Shown here in pieces: positions 9,744-19,505 of a stretch of 64,000 nucleotides of DNA (the stretch's first letter is position 1; every line of letters starts with the position of its first letter). The stretch comes from Candidatus Aceula lacicola (GTDB taxonomy: Bacteria; Omnitrophota; Gorgyraeia; Zapsychrales; Aceulaceae). The notes under the pieces were generated by a model, which was given only the letters and a program-made list of their open reading frames with translations, did no database searches and was not told where the DNA came from. Location of the stretch: assembly GCA_030765785.1 (NCBI GenBank), contig JAVCCC010000050.1, positions 3,629 through 67,628 on the forward strand, written 5' to 3'. Both the position numbers and the translations under genes were made by a program.

Positions 9744-11124
9744 GATTCTTTTTTTGAAGATACAAATCAATTTTTTGAGCAGCCTCTTTACCTTGGCACA
9801 ATGCTTCAATCAGGTTAAGAGATTGATTGACCACGCCACCCGCCGCAAAAACACCATCAACAGATGTCATATATTCATTCTTTTTAATCCAGATAGAACC
9901 ATCTTTGTTTATTTTCAAATCTTTCATTTCTCGTATAATCAATGAATTTGACGCTCCCTTATCCGCAAGAATAACTGTATCTGCCTCGACAGCAAATTCA
10001 GAATTCTTGACTGGAACCACTTTCCACAATCCTTTTCCATCTTTATCAACAAAATCCATTCGAACACAACGAATTCCTTTAACGCAATCATTTTCATCAG
10101 ACAAAATCTCAACAGGACTCGTCAAGACTTCCAGCTTAACGCCTTCTTCTTTGGCATGGTTACACTCTTCTCCAGTGGCCTCAATGTCATCTTCCGTCTG
10201 AGAATGAATAATGGTTGCCTGCTTATCAAGCCGCACAGCAATGCGAGCGCAATCAAGCGCCATTGTTCCAGACCCAATCACAGCAATTTCTTTTCCAAAC
10301 AGATCTGGCATCTCTGTTTTAAGCGATTGCTGCTCACCCGCTAAATTCGTACGCATCAAAAATTCTTGCGCGAAATGTACTCCCTTTAACTGAGCTCCTG
10401 GAATATCCAGCATCTGAGGAGCAGATGCGCCAATGGCCAAAAGAACAGCCTCGTACCCCATATCCATTAAATCAAAAATCGTATATGTTTTTCCAATCAA
10501 ACAGTTAGTCTTAATCTCAATGCCAAGTGATGTAATATATTCAATCTCAATATCTAATGCTTTTTCAGGTAACCGAAACTCAGGAATACCGTAGCGTAAA
10601 ATTCCACCGGGCAAATGCAGTGCTTCAAAAATAGTTATCTCATATCCTGCCTCTACTAAAATCGAAGCCGCTGTTAGTCCCGTCGGACCAGATCCCACCA
10701 CCGCCACTTTTCGATTATTTCGATTCGCACTCTCTGCATTAAAAATCTGCTTTATCTTAGATTGGCCTTGATCAAATGAAAAGCGCTCAAGCGCCTTAAT
10801 ATTAATAGGATCTACGCCTTCTTCCTCATTTAAAATACAAGCCTTTTCGCAAGGTGCCGAACAAAGACGTCCACAAATTCCAGCTAAACCATTTTGCTCT
10901 CTAATTCGGTGCAATGCTTTCAAATTATTTTTTTCTCGTAAAGCACGGATAAATCCAGGAATATCAACACCTAGAGGACAACCCTCGATACATTTCGGAT
11001 GCGAGCACTGAGGACAACGCTGCGCCTCTAAAACCGCTTGATTTTTTTTAAAACCCAAAACAACTTCGCAAAAACTTTTAAGTCGTTTCAAAACCGGTTC
11101 TATGTTTTCTATGATGCGTTTCAT
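9721..11124 (-). CDS. nfnB: NADPH-dependent glutamate synthase beta-chain-like oxidoreductase (NfnB/SudA-type)
   Basis: 467 aa with two N-terminal Cys clusters (CPQCSHPKCIEGCP, CGRLCSAPCEKAC) and FAD/NAD(P) Rossmann motifs (VAVVGSGPTGL). Paired with a PyrK-like partner. Confidence 0.85.
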   Translation of the reverse strand: MKRIIENIEPVLKRLKSFCEVVLGFKKNQAVLEAQRCPQCSHPKCIEGCPLGVDIPGFIRALREKNNLKALHRIREQNGLAGICGRLCSAPCEKACILNEEEGVDPINIKALERFSFDQGQSKIKQIFNAESANRNNRKVAVVGSGPTGLTAASILVEAGYEITIFEALHLPGGILRYGIPEFRLPEKALDIEIEYITSLGIEIKTNCLIGKTYTIFDLMDMGYEAVLLAIGASAPQMLDIPGAQLKGVHFAQEFLMRTNLAGEQQSLKTEMPDLFGKEIAVIGSGTMALDCARIAVRLDKQATIIHSQTEDDIEATGEECNHAKEEGVKLEVLTSPVEILSDENDCVKGIRCVRMDFVDKDGKGLWKVVPVKNSEFAVEADTVILADKGASNSLIIREMKDLKINKDGSIWIKKNEYMTSVDGVFAAGGVVNQSLNLIEALCQGKEAAQKIDLYLQKKNQNEEKNI

Positions 11125-11125
11125 A

Positions 11126-11911
11126 TTATTTTCTAGAATTTTTCATCTTTGTTTTAAGAAATGAAAAGTCAATCTGATCAGCATCGAGTTCGGGACCTTC
11201 CACCGAAATAGACGCATACCGATCTTTAATCTTAATCAAATCACATCCGCAGATTCCAAACCCATCAATCGTCATGGGATTAATCAAAATTTTCTTAGGC
11301 ACTTTTCTTTCTGGCACGCTAATTAAAACGTCTTGAATAACAGAAAACGGGCCAGCAACATAAATACGATCAATTTTTTGTTCTGAAAAAATCTTTTCCA
11401 AACTGTCCGAGATGTATCCTCTTTTTCCAATCGACCCATCCTCAGACATGACGTAGGCTTCCTGAGAACATAAATGAATCTGTGGCTCAAGGCACAAATT
11501 TCTCTTTGTCTTAGCGCCAAGAACGCTGATGACTTTATTGCTACTTTTATGAAGGGCGCGGCAAATCGGCAGAAGTGAAACAACACCTGTCTCGTATCCG
11601 ATACAAAGAACATTGCCAAACTCTTTAATCTCCGACGGTCTGCCTAGTGGCCCCAACAAAGCAAATACAGAATCCCCAATCCATAAGCTTCCAAGCTTCT
11701 TCGTCGAAGAATCGTCTTCCTTAAAAATCAAAGTGATTGTTTCTTTTGAAAGATTAATCTCTACGATGGCAAGAGCAATGCGTGCAGATTTATCGTCGGG
11801 CGCAATCATTACAAAATGACCAGGTTGTGCTTTCTTGCAAATAACAGGCGCAACAATTTCGATGCGCTTTAAATTCTCTCCAATGATTTGTTTACTAACA
11901 ATCTTATGCAT
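11126..11911 (-). CDS. nfnA: PyrK-like FAD/NAD-binding electron-transfer subunit (NfnA/SudB-type)
   Basis: 261-aa ferredoxin-NADP reductase fold sitting immediately upstream of nfnB. The C-terminal cluster region looks degenerate (only GICGC). Confidence 0.75.
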   Translation of the reverse strand: MHKIVSKQIIGENLKRIEIVAPVICKKAQPGHFVMIAPDDKSARIALAIVEINLSKETITLIFKEDDSSTKKLGSLWIGDSVFALLGPLGRPSEIKEFGNVLCIGYETGVVSLLPICRALHKSSNKVISVLGAKTKRNLCLEPQIHLCSQEAYVMSEDGSIGKRGYISDSLEKIFSEQKIDRIYVAGPFSVIQDVLISVPERKVPKKILINPMTIDGFGICGCDLIKIKDRYASISVEGPELDADQIDFSFLKTKMKNSRK

Positions 11912-11914
11912 AAT

Positions 11915-12685
11915 TTATTTTCCAAAAACCTTTTCGGCATTCTGATTTAAAAGATTAGCTGCTTTTTCTAAATCAATATTTTTTATCTCACTTAAAAATC
12001 CCAATGTCTTAAAAACATCTTTTGGTTCAGATTGGAATCCACCGTCTTCAACTCTAAAAAAAACAGGCGTGTCGGTTTCAATCAAAATTTGGTCCATCGG
12101 CGCAAATTCAATGGCAGCTCTTAACTCTTTGCTATATCCAAGCGCTGGCGTTGCAGAAATAAAATAACCTTTATTCAAAATATTTTTTAGAGCATCTTCT
12201 GGCCCACTGTACCAATGAAAAACAGCTCTCTCAACATTCTTTTCTTCGGCAATCGAAAAACATTCTTTCCAAGCACCGCGACTATGAATCACAATTGGCA
12301 TTTCAAATTCTTGAGCCAAATCTATCTGACGCGTAAAAATTTCTTTTTGTTTCTTTTTTTCTTCATCATCTTTACGAACCCATTGATACCAAAAATCTAA
12401 ACCTGTCTCGCCAATCGCTACAATATCTGACTTATGATCTCTAATAAATTCAAACGTTTCTTCTATTTCCTTATCAGAAATATTGCCGGGATGAATGCCA
12501 AATGCAAGGCGAATATCCATATCCGAAAACTTTTGCTTAATCTCTAAATTCTTTTTATTTGAAGCTAAATCAACGCCCTGCGCAACAATTGTGCTTACAC
12601 CTGCTTGCTTGGCCCGCGTTAAAGCAGCGGTAATATCCTCAACATCATTCAAATGTGCGTGTGTGTCAATTAATTTAAAACTCAT
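11915..12685 (-). CDS. tatD: TatD-family metal-dependent hydrolase (DNase)
   Basis: [10 protein letters not shown] at the N-terminus plus conserved His/Asp/Glu positions; 256 aa. Confidence 0.9.
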   Translation of the reverse strand: MSFKLIDTHAHLNDVEDITAALTRAKQAGVSTIVAQGVDLASNKKNLEIKQKFSDMDIRLAFGIHPGNISDKEIEETFEFIRDHKSDIVAIGETGLDFWYQWVRKDDEEKKKQKEIFTRQIDLAQEFEMPIVIHSRGAWKECFSIAEEKNVERAVFHWYSGPEDALKNILNKGYFISATPALGYSKELRAAIEFAPMDQILIETDTPVFFRVEDGGFQSEPKDVFKTLGFLSEIKNIDLEKAANLLNQNAEKVFGK

Positions 12686-13122
12686 TTGCTGTCCAATACA
12701 AAAGTCACCGGTCCATCATTAATCAAAGACACGTCCATCATCGCACGAAAAACGCCTGTTTCAACTTTACATCCTTTTTTACGCAAAGCTTCAACAAATG
12801 CTTCATAAAGCTCTTCGGCTTTCTTTGGATCTGCTGCCTTATCAAACGAAGGGCGTCTTCCTTTTTTACAATCCGCTAAAAGAGTAAATTGCGAAACCAC
12901 CAAAAATTTACCTTTAACATCTACAATCGAAGCATTCATCTTACCTTCAGAATCTTCAAAAATCCTTAAATCAATAAGCTTGCTTACAAGATATTCGATA
13001 TCATCAAATCCGTCATCTTTAGCAATAGCCAGCAAAATCAAGATTCCTTGACCAATTTGCCCTACAACTTCCCCCGAAACAATGACAGCTGATTTCTTAA
13101 CGCGCTGTATAACAATTTTCAT
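12682..13122 (-). CDS. dtd: D-aminoacyl-tRNA deacylase
   Basis: 146 aa with MKIVIQRV... and the SQFTL motif. Confidence 0.92.
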   Translation of the reverse strand: MKIVIQRVKKSAVIVSGEVVGQIGQGILILLAIAKDDGFDDIEYLVSKLIDLRIFEDSEGKMNASIVDVKGKFLVVSQFTLLADCKKGRRPSFDKAADPKKAEELYEAFVEALRKKGCKVETGVFRAMMDVSLINDGPVTFVLDSK

Positions 13123-13217
13123 AAATACTTTTTATTTAATATTGATATTATTAGTAGATTATAGATTACACGCTCAATAAAATCAACATAAGAAAAAACA
13201 AACTCCCAAGGACTTAT

Positions 13218-13246
13218 TTGACACCCAAAATCTTTTGTGTTACAAA
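13218..13246 (+). promoter_or_regulatory. sigma-70-like promoter (TTGACA-N17-TACAAA) for the helicase gene, leaving a near-leaderless mRNA
   Basis: TTGACA at 13218-13223, then a 17-nt spacer, then TACAAA at 13241-13246. The ATG at 13259 is about 6 nt past the predicted transcription start and has no SD. Confidence 0.45.
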
Positions 13247-13258
13247 TAATGCCAATCT

Positions 13259-15436
13259 ATGAACGTTCAAACAACATTAAAAAAATACAAATTTCCCTCA
13301 GAATTCATTAATGCCATCACCTCCTCTGGTATTAAAGAGTTTTATCCGCCACAAGCGCAAGCCATTAAAAGCGGTGCTCTCGATGGCGAAAATATGCTTT
13401 TAGCCATTCCGACAGCCGCCGGAAAAACTTTGATTGCAGAGCTTTGCATGATCAAAGCGATTATCCAATCGAATGGCCGCTGCCTTTATATCGCACCTTT
13501 AAAAGCATTAGCCAGCGAAAAATATGAAGAATTCAAAAAAAAATACAGCCCCCTTGGCATTAAAGTTGGCATCGCCATTGGAGATTTAGATAGTCCCAGC
13601 AGACGTCTCAATCAATACCAAATCATCATTGCCACCGCTGAAAAAGTAGACTCACTTCTGCGTTCTCGCGCCAAATGGCTCATTGACAACTTGTCTGTTG
13701 TTGTTTTAGACGAAATTCATTTTATCAATGACGCCTCCCGTGGGCCAACCCTGGAAATTTTAACGGCTCGAATTAAACAACTAAACCCCGATTCACAAAT
13801 TTTGGCATTAAGCGCAACTATTAAAAATGCCGATGAAATAGCCAAATGGCTGGACGCAAAATTCGTGCAAAGTACGTGGCGCCCCGTACCATTAAAAGAA
13901 GGCGTTTATTTTGGAGAGCAAATCACATTTAAAAACGGAGGCCGACGCCTCATTAAAGAAGAACTCCCAGATGACTTAAGCAAAATTGCACTCGACACTC
14001 TACGATCAAAAGGTCAAATTCTTGTATTTGTTGGCAGTCGACGCTCAGCTCAAGCCTCAAGCCTACTTTTATGCAAAGCTGTCGGTCAAATCTTAAGCCC
14101 AGATGAAAAAAAGAAATTAAAAACCATTTCTAAAGGTATTTTAACAGGAAGCGGCGAATCAACAAAAATCTGCAAAAAACTAGCCAATGTCGTCCAAAAT
14201 GGCGTTGCGTTTCATCATGCAGGACTTAGGCCTCATCAGCGAAAACTTATTGAAGAAAATTTTAAACAAAACACTATCAAAATTATCTGTTCAACGCCAA
14301 CGTTAGCCGCAGGAGTTAATCTTCCTGCACGTCGCACTATCTTGCGCGACACCAAGCGCTACCAAGCAGGTCTTGGCGCCACGTATATCCCTGCCAGCGA
14401 ATACAAGCAATGTGCCGGACGTGCCGGACGACCTGGTTATGACGAATATGGCGAAGCTGTTATTATTGCCAAATCTCTATCCGAGTCCCATTTATTATTT
14501 GACCGCTATATCAATGCCGAACCTGATCCCGTCATCTCAAAGCTGGGAAACGAATCCGCACTTCGAATGCACGTTTTGGCAGCAATTTCGGCGGGACATG
14601 TCCATGATATCAATGAAATGTTTGAATTTATTTCACACACGTTTCTGGCACATCAAAGACAGACAACACATTTGATTGAAATGATTTCAGAAATCTTTGC
14701 ATTCTTAGAAGAAGAACAACTCGTTGAAAAAAGTGGTTTTCGTTATTTTGCCACTGCCTTTGGTCATTGCGTCAGTCGACTTTATATTGATCCGATCACA
14801 GGAATCGTACTTCGTGATGGACTTAAAAAAGTCAATGACAACAAAGCACCTTTGACGATTATCGGACTTTTACATTTAATTTGTTGCTGCCCAGATACAG
14901 AGAGAACCGTTAATATCGCAAAATCAATATATGAAGACCTCGAATATTTTGCAGCTGAATATCGCGATGACTTTATCATGACGCGAAACGATGTCGCCGA
15001 ACTTAATGACATGTTTTTTTACTTAACAACGCTTAAAACAACGTGGTTTCTGTCCTGCTGGATTGACGAAGAAAAAGAAGAAAATATCTGCGAAAAATTT
15101 AATATGGGGCCAGGGGATATTCATCGCCACACCGAAAGTGTTCGATGGCTTTTGCACGCCGCCACAGTGATCGCGGAACTTTTTAAATTTAAACGTCTGA
15201 CCTTTGAAACGGAAGATCTTAAAAATCGGGTTCGTTACGGTATTCGCGAAGAATTGCTAGAGCTTGTCTCGCTTAGAGGTGTTGGACGCGTTCGGGCTCG
15301 CAATCTTTTTGAAAAAGGACACAAAAAACTTCGTCATCTTAAATTTGTTTCACTCGATGACCTTTCGAGTGTCGACCAAGTCGGAAAATCATTGGCGAAA
15401 GACATCCTCACACAACTAGAACGCTTTAAAATCTAA
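13259..15436 (+). CDS. Hel308/Ski2-like superfamily-2 DNA helicase (archaeal Hel308/Hjm type)
   Basis: 725 aa with the Hel308-type N-terminus (FYPPQAQAI...LLAIPTAAGKTLIAE), a DEIH box, motif VI (QCAGRAGRPG), and the C-terminal HhH domain 5 (LRGVGRVRARNLFEKG). Confidence 0.88.
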   Translation: MNVQTTLKKYKFPSEFINAITSSGIKEFYPPQAQAIKSGALDGENMLLAIPTAAGKTLIAELCMIKAIIQSNGRCLYIAPLKALASEKYEEFKKKYSPLGIKVGIAIGDLDSPSRRLNQYQIIIATAEKVDSLLRSRAKWLIDNLSVVVLDEIHFINDASRGPTLEILTARIKQLNPDSQILALSATIKNADEIAKWLDAKFVQSTWRPVPLKEGVYFGEQITFKNGGRRLIKEELPDDLSKIALDTLRSKGQILVFVGSRRSAQASSLLLCKAVGQILSPDEKKKLKTISKGILTGSGESTKICKKLANVVQNGVAFHHAGLRPHQRKLIEENFKQNTIKIICSTPTLAAGVNLPARRTILRDTKRYQAGLGATYIPASEYKQCAGRAGRPGYDEYGEAVIIAKSLSESHLLFDRYINAEPDPVISKLGNESALRMHVLAAISAGHVHDINEMFEFISHTFLAHQRQTTHLIEMISEIFAFLEEEQLVEKSGFRYFATAFGHCVSRLYIDPITGIVLRDGLKKVNDNKAPLTIIGLLHLICCCPDTERTVNIAKSIYEDLEYFAAEYRDDFIMTRNDVAELNDMFFYLTTLKTTWFLSCWIDEEKEENICEKFNMGPGDIHRHTESVRWLLHAATVIAELFKFKRLTFETEDLKNRVRYGIREELLELVSLRGVGRVRARNLFEKGHKKLRHLKFVSLDDLSSVDQVGKSLAKDILTQLERFKI

Positions 15437-15438
15437 AA

Positions 15439-16173
15439 TTACTTTAAATATTTAGCTGCCTTGATGTAACGCTCAAGATGAAAAATAAGAAAATTATTTA
15501 AAATATATTTTAATTCTCTTTTAGTAATAGAATTTAACTTAAGTCTAAGAGCTTTATCCCAAGAACTTCTTTCAATATGAACAAGCGAAGCAATCGTTCC
15601 GCGTGAAATCATCGTCGCCGAATGATCATTAGATCTACAATCTTCACAAATCAACCCCCCTAATTTCATGCTAAAGCGCATGCGTGGCGTTATTTTTTTC
15701 TGACAAACGACACACGAATCTAAAAACGGACGAAATCCAGAAAGCAGTAAAATTTTAATTTGAAAAACATGAACCAATTTATTAATATCGCCTATATGCT
15801 CAAGTGTATTTAAATAATATAACAACAATCGATAAATATCTTTATTTTGTTCTTCGACGGGCATAATCGAATCAATAAGCTCTAAAGAATAGCTTGCCGC
15901 CAAAGTTCTTTTCATATCTTTTCGAATAGGAAAAAAGAATGCTTTTAAATCACATTGACTAATAAGATGTAAATCAGAATTACGGTGGGTATAGTAAACA
16001 ATATCGTTGACGGAAAACTGATCAATATTGCTTCCAAACTTTTTATGATCTTTTCGGATTCCTTTCAGAACCCCCTTGACCTTTCCATACTCTTTTGTAA
16101 AAAATGTTGCAATTCGACTCGTCTCTCTAAAATCAAACGTCTTTAAAACAATGCCTTCAGCTTGTACTATCAT
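15439..16173 (-). CDS. recO: DNA repair protein RecO
   Basis: N-terminal OB fold (GIVLKTFDFRETSRIATFFTKEYGK) and the C-terminal zinc motif CVVC...CEDC. Confidence 0.9.
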   Translation of the reverse strand: MIVQAEGIVLKTFDFRETSRIATFFTKEYGKVKGVLKGIRKDHKKFGSNIDQFSVNDIVYYTHRNSDLHLISQCDLKAFFFPIRKDMKRTLAASYSLELIDSIMPVEEQNKDIYRLLLYYLNTLEHIGDINKLVHVFQIKILLLSGFRPFLDSCVVCQKKITPRMRFSMKLGGLICEDCRSNDHSATMISRGTIASLVHIERSSWDKALRLKLNSITKRELKYILNNFLIFHLERYIKAAKYLK

Positions 16174-16610
16174 TTTTTAAAAAGTTTCAATATTTCTTGT
16201 TCTTTGGCTCGCATCTTTTCTTTATCAGATGCAGCCTTATCTTGATATCCCAACAAATGCAAAATCCCATGAACCACATAAAGCAAAAGCTCACGCTTAC
16301 TATCCGTACCATATTCTCTTGCATTTCGGTATGCAGTCTCGCCAGATACAAAAATTTCCCCCTCTATCTTTTTTCGACTTTTCTTTTTCAAAAAGGAAGG
16401 CAAATCAAACGTCACGACATCTGTGGCGTAATCATGATTTAAATATTTCTTGTTTAACGTGCGAATACGCTGGTCAGTTAAGAATACCACAGAAAGATCA
16501 GCATCCAAAACATGTTCGTGGCAAAGAATGCGCTTGATCTTTTGCTTGATCAGACTAGGATTTATTGGAATTTTCTTCTGTAGATTTTTTACGGTTAGCT
16601 GTATAGCCAT
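16170..16610 (-). CDS. ybeY: rRNA maturation endoribonuclease YbeY
   Basis: 146 aa with the HGILHLLGYQD metal-binding motif. Confidence 0.92.
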   Translation of the reverse strand: MAIQLTVKNLQKKIPINPSLIKQKIKRILCHEHVLDADLSVVFLTDQRIRTLNKKYLNHDYATDVVTFDLPSFLKKKSRKKIEGEIFVSGETAYRNAREYGTDSKRELLLYVVHGILHLLGYQDKAASDKEKMRAKEQEILKLFKK

Positions 16611-17997
16611 TGGTTTTTTCTGGATACTTGATTCGGCTATGATACATCGCGCTCAACACACGAGAAAACGTAGCACTAATTCGATCAAGATCTTTAAGGG
16701 TCAAGTTGCAATCGTCTAACTGTCCGTCAATAAATTTATTATTAATGATTTTTCGTACTGTTTCATCAATACGCGTTGGCGTTGGCTCCTCAAGCGCGCG
16801 GCACGCTCCTTCAACCGAATCTGCCAAAAGAACAATTGCCGTTTCTCTGGTCTGCGGCTTTGGTCCAGGATATCGAAATGTTTGCTCATCAACTGTCTCG
16901 CCCTCTTGTGCCTCTGAAACCGCACGCTGATAAAAATAATGCATCACACTTGTGCCGTGATGCTGAACGATAAAATCAGAGACAATAGAATTCAGCTTGT
17001 ATTTCCTGGCAAGCTCCATTCCGTTCTTAACATGATTCAAGATGACTAATCGACTCATTGACGGTTCGAGTTTATCATGTTTATTGCTTTCAAAGATTTG
17101 ATTCTCTGTAAAATATTGCGGTTTATCCAATTTTCCAATATCATGATAATATCCGCCTACACGCGCTAAAAGTGAATTTGCCCCTATCGCATCCGCCGCT
17201 GTCTCAGACAAATTACTAACAAACAAGCTATGGTGATATGTCCCGGGAGATTCTAAAATCATCCGCTTTAAAAGCGGATGATTAAAATCAGACATCTCCA
17301 AAAGACTAAAATTGGTCATAACCCCAAAAATATTTTCAAATATTTTTAATGTCGCCACAACCGCAAATGCCGATATAAAACCATTAAAGAACAATGCGCG
17401 CAAATGGTTCAATGCAAATTCTTTAGTAAACAAAAATTCTGCAGAAGGATTTAAAAGCACGACGCATAAAACCTGTACAATTCCAATAAAAAATCCGGCG
17501 TTAATCAATTCCGAACGTGTTCGTGAATCACGTACGGAAAAAGCACCTATCAAGCTTCCGCAAAAATAAATAATCATCAAATCCAAACGATTACCCGCAA
17601 TCAATCCTACCAAAACACTCGAAGCAAAAGACATGACAAAGGCGAGCTGCAAATCGTTGTACAAAAGCATCACAAGCATTGCCACCGCCGCCACCGGAAT
17701 ATATAAAGCCGAAATTGATGTGTACGTTAAAAAGGCATACGTCACAAAAACAATAAGCGCTAGAAGAAGACCAAAATGCAAAAATAGCTTAGTATCAATA
17801 GCCTTGTACCCTTTTAGATACAACCCTAAAAGCAATAACAAAATCGGAATCGACAATGAAAAATTAACCGCATAACAAAAAAGCCCTAATATCAAAATTG
17901 AGACAGCAGCAATTCCAATTTGTAGCGGATTTAAATTATTTAGAATTCGATTTCTCATAAGCCTCAATGATGCGTTGCACGAGCTCATGTCGGACAA
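16555..17997 (-). CDS. pgpH: 7TM receptor with intracellular HD hydrolase (PgpH/YqfF family)
   Basis: Multi-TM N-terminus followed by an HD/HDIG domain (YHSLFVSNLSETAA...HDIGK). Conserved phoH-pgpH-ybeY order. ORF ends overlap neighbouring genes, so the start is uncertain. Confidence 0.85.
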   Translation of the reverse strand: MSDMSSCNASLRLMRNRILNNLNPLQIGIAAVSILILGLFCYAVNFSLSIPILLLLLGLYLKGYKAIDTKLFLHFGLLLALIVFVTYAFLTYTSISALYIPVAAVAMLVMLLYNDLQLAFVMSFASSVLVGLIAGNRLDLMIIYFCGSLIGAFSVRDSRTRSELINAGFFIGIVQVLCVVLLNPSAEFLFTKEFALNHLRALFFNGFISAFAVVATLKIFENIFGVMTNFSLLEMSDFNHPLLKRMILESPGTYHHSLFVSNLSETAADAIGANSLLARVGGYYHDIGKLDKPQYFTENQIFESNKHDKLEPSMSRLVILNHVKNGMELARKYKLNSIVSDFIVQHHGTSVMHYFYQRAVSEAQEGETVDEQTFRYPGPKPQTRETAIVLLADSVEGACRALEEPTPTRIDETVRKIINNKFIDGQLDDCNLTLKDLDRISATFSRVLSAMYHSRIKYPEKTNGYTANRKKSTEENSNKS

Positions 17998-18889
17998 CGT
18001 CTTCTCCTGTTAAATGAACAAATTTAATTCCCTCAACATCTTTTAAAACCCTTTCAGCTGACACCAATCCTGGCTCTTCTCCTGATGGCAAATCACTTTG
18101 CGTGGTATCACCTGTGATAACGGCCTTGGAATCAAACCCAAGTCTGGTTAAAAACATTTTCATTTGATCAGACGTACAATTTTGCGCCTCATCTAAAATA
18201 ACAAACGCATCATTTAAGGTACGCCCTCTCATGTACGCCAAAGGAGCAATTTCAATTGTTCCTTTTTCAACGTATCCATCCACGCGTTCAGACTCAACCA
18301 TATCATAAAGAGCATCATATAAAGGTCGAAGATAGGGCGAAACCTTCTCAACCATATCCCCTGGCAAAAATCCAAGACTCTCACCAGCCTCAATTGCTGG
18401 TCGCGTTAAAATAATTCGGCGAACCAATCCTTTCTTAAGCGCATTAACGGCCATTGCCACGGCTAAATATGTTTTTCCGGTTCCTGCCGGTCCAATACCA
18501 AAAACAATATCATGAAACTTAATCGTCTCAACATATTCCACTTGGCCCTTTGTCTTTGGGGTAACAACCGCACCCTTTTTGGCAGCAACAGGAATTTTAC
18601 GCTTGGACAAACGCTTGAAATCAACGCCCTTGTCTGGCTCTGAAAGACGAAGCGCATAAACAATATCATAATGCTTAACATCTTGTCCGTGTTTAACAAA
18701 ATCCAGAAGATAATCCAAAAGCCCATTGACACGTTCAATCTTATCTTCGTCTCCGGTTACTTTTAAACCATTTTCTGTTCGAACAATCTGAACACCCAAT
18801 TCCCGCTCGATCAGCTTTAAATTCTGATCATATTTTCCAAAAAATAACTGAAGATCCTGATTGTTGTTGAGTTCTATATTTTTTTCCAT
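17936..18889 (-). CDS. phoH: PhoH-family ATPase (YbeZ-like) with N-terminal KH domain
   Basis: Walker A GPAGTGKTYLAVA and a PhoH C-terminal domain; 317 aa. Confidence 0.92.
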   Translation of the reverse strand: MEKNIELNNNQDLQLFFGKYDQNLKLIERELGVQIVRTENGLKVTGDEDKIERVNGLLDYLLDFVKHGQDVKHYDIVYALRLSEPDKGVDFKRLSKRKIPVAAKKGAVVTPKTKGQVEYVETIKFHDIVFGIGPAGTGKTYLAVAMAVNALKKGLVRRIILTRPAIEAGESLGFLPGDMVEKVSPYLRPLYDALYDMVESERVDGYVEKGTIEIAPLAYMRGRTLNDAFVILDEAQNCTSDQMKMFLTRLGFDSKAVITGDTTQSDLPSGEEPGLVSAERVLKDVEGIKFVHLTGEDVVRHELVQRIIEAYEKSNSK

Positions 18890-18904
18890 AAATGTTATAC
18901 GTCT

Positions 18905-19435
18905 CTATTTAATTTGTGGTATTTTGATAACTTTACCTGGTTTAAGGCGATCCGCATTTGGAAGCACGTCTTTGTTAACTTCATAAATTTCATACCATCG
19001 TTTATACGTATCATAAAACTTCTTTGAAATCTTCTGCAACGTATCCCCTTCTGCGATCGTATAATCTACATAAACAATCTCTACCTCAACAGCTGGTTCG
19101 CTTGATTCTTCGGCATCATAAATCACGACATCTTCTGATTCAACAACTGCATCACCAGCATCCTCCACGTAGCCTTCGGAATAAAAATCTTCAGGCACGT
19201 CCTCCTGAATTCCAGCATTCTTTGGATTCTTGATAATTTCCAAAACATAGGTCTTTCGTGTTTTCCTAATACCACTTCGATCAATAAGTTCACATTCTCC
19301 CTGAAAACAACCTTCGTTTCCAACCATCTCTTGATCAACACGACTTTTTTCTTGCACATATCTTTTAACCGTACAACTCGTTACAACAAAAGCCAATAAA
19401 ACAACGCCAATAATTCCAATAATTCTTCTAGCCAT
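18905..19435 (-). CDS. LysM domain lipoprotein
   Basis: Signal peptide with lipobox (VVTSC) and a C-terminal LysM (DYTIAEGDTLQKISKKFY...NADRLKPGKVIKIP). Confidence 0.7.
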   Translation of the reverse strand: MARRIIGIIGVVLLAFVVTSCTVKRYVQEKSRVDQEMVGNEGCFQGECELIDRSGIRKTRKTYVLEIIKNPKNAGIQEDVPEDFYSEGYVEDAGDAVVESEDVVIYDAEESSEPAVEVEIVYVDYTIAEGDTLQKISKKFYDTYKRWYEIYEVNKDVLPNADRLKPGKVIKIPQIK

Positions 19436-19505
19436 TTCTACCTCCCATTAATAAATAAATGAATAAATCCTACCGCGGCTTACCGCCGAATCAGGACTAT
19501 CTTAA

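Noticed and set aside
11323-11619. 98-aa minus-strand ORF nested inside nfnA in another frame
   Set aside because: It lies within the confidently assigned PyrK-like coding region and has no domain. It is an alternative-frame artefact.
16555-17997. Apparent 55-62 nt overlaps between ybeY/pgpH and pgpH/phoH
   Set aside because: These most likely reflect longest-ORF start calls. Internal Met codons (for example MRNRIL in pgpH) give conventional short overlaps or spacing, so I do not treat them as programmed overlap.
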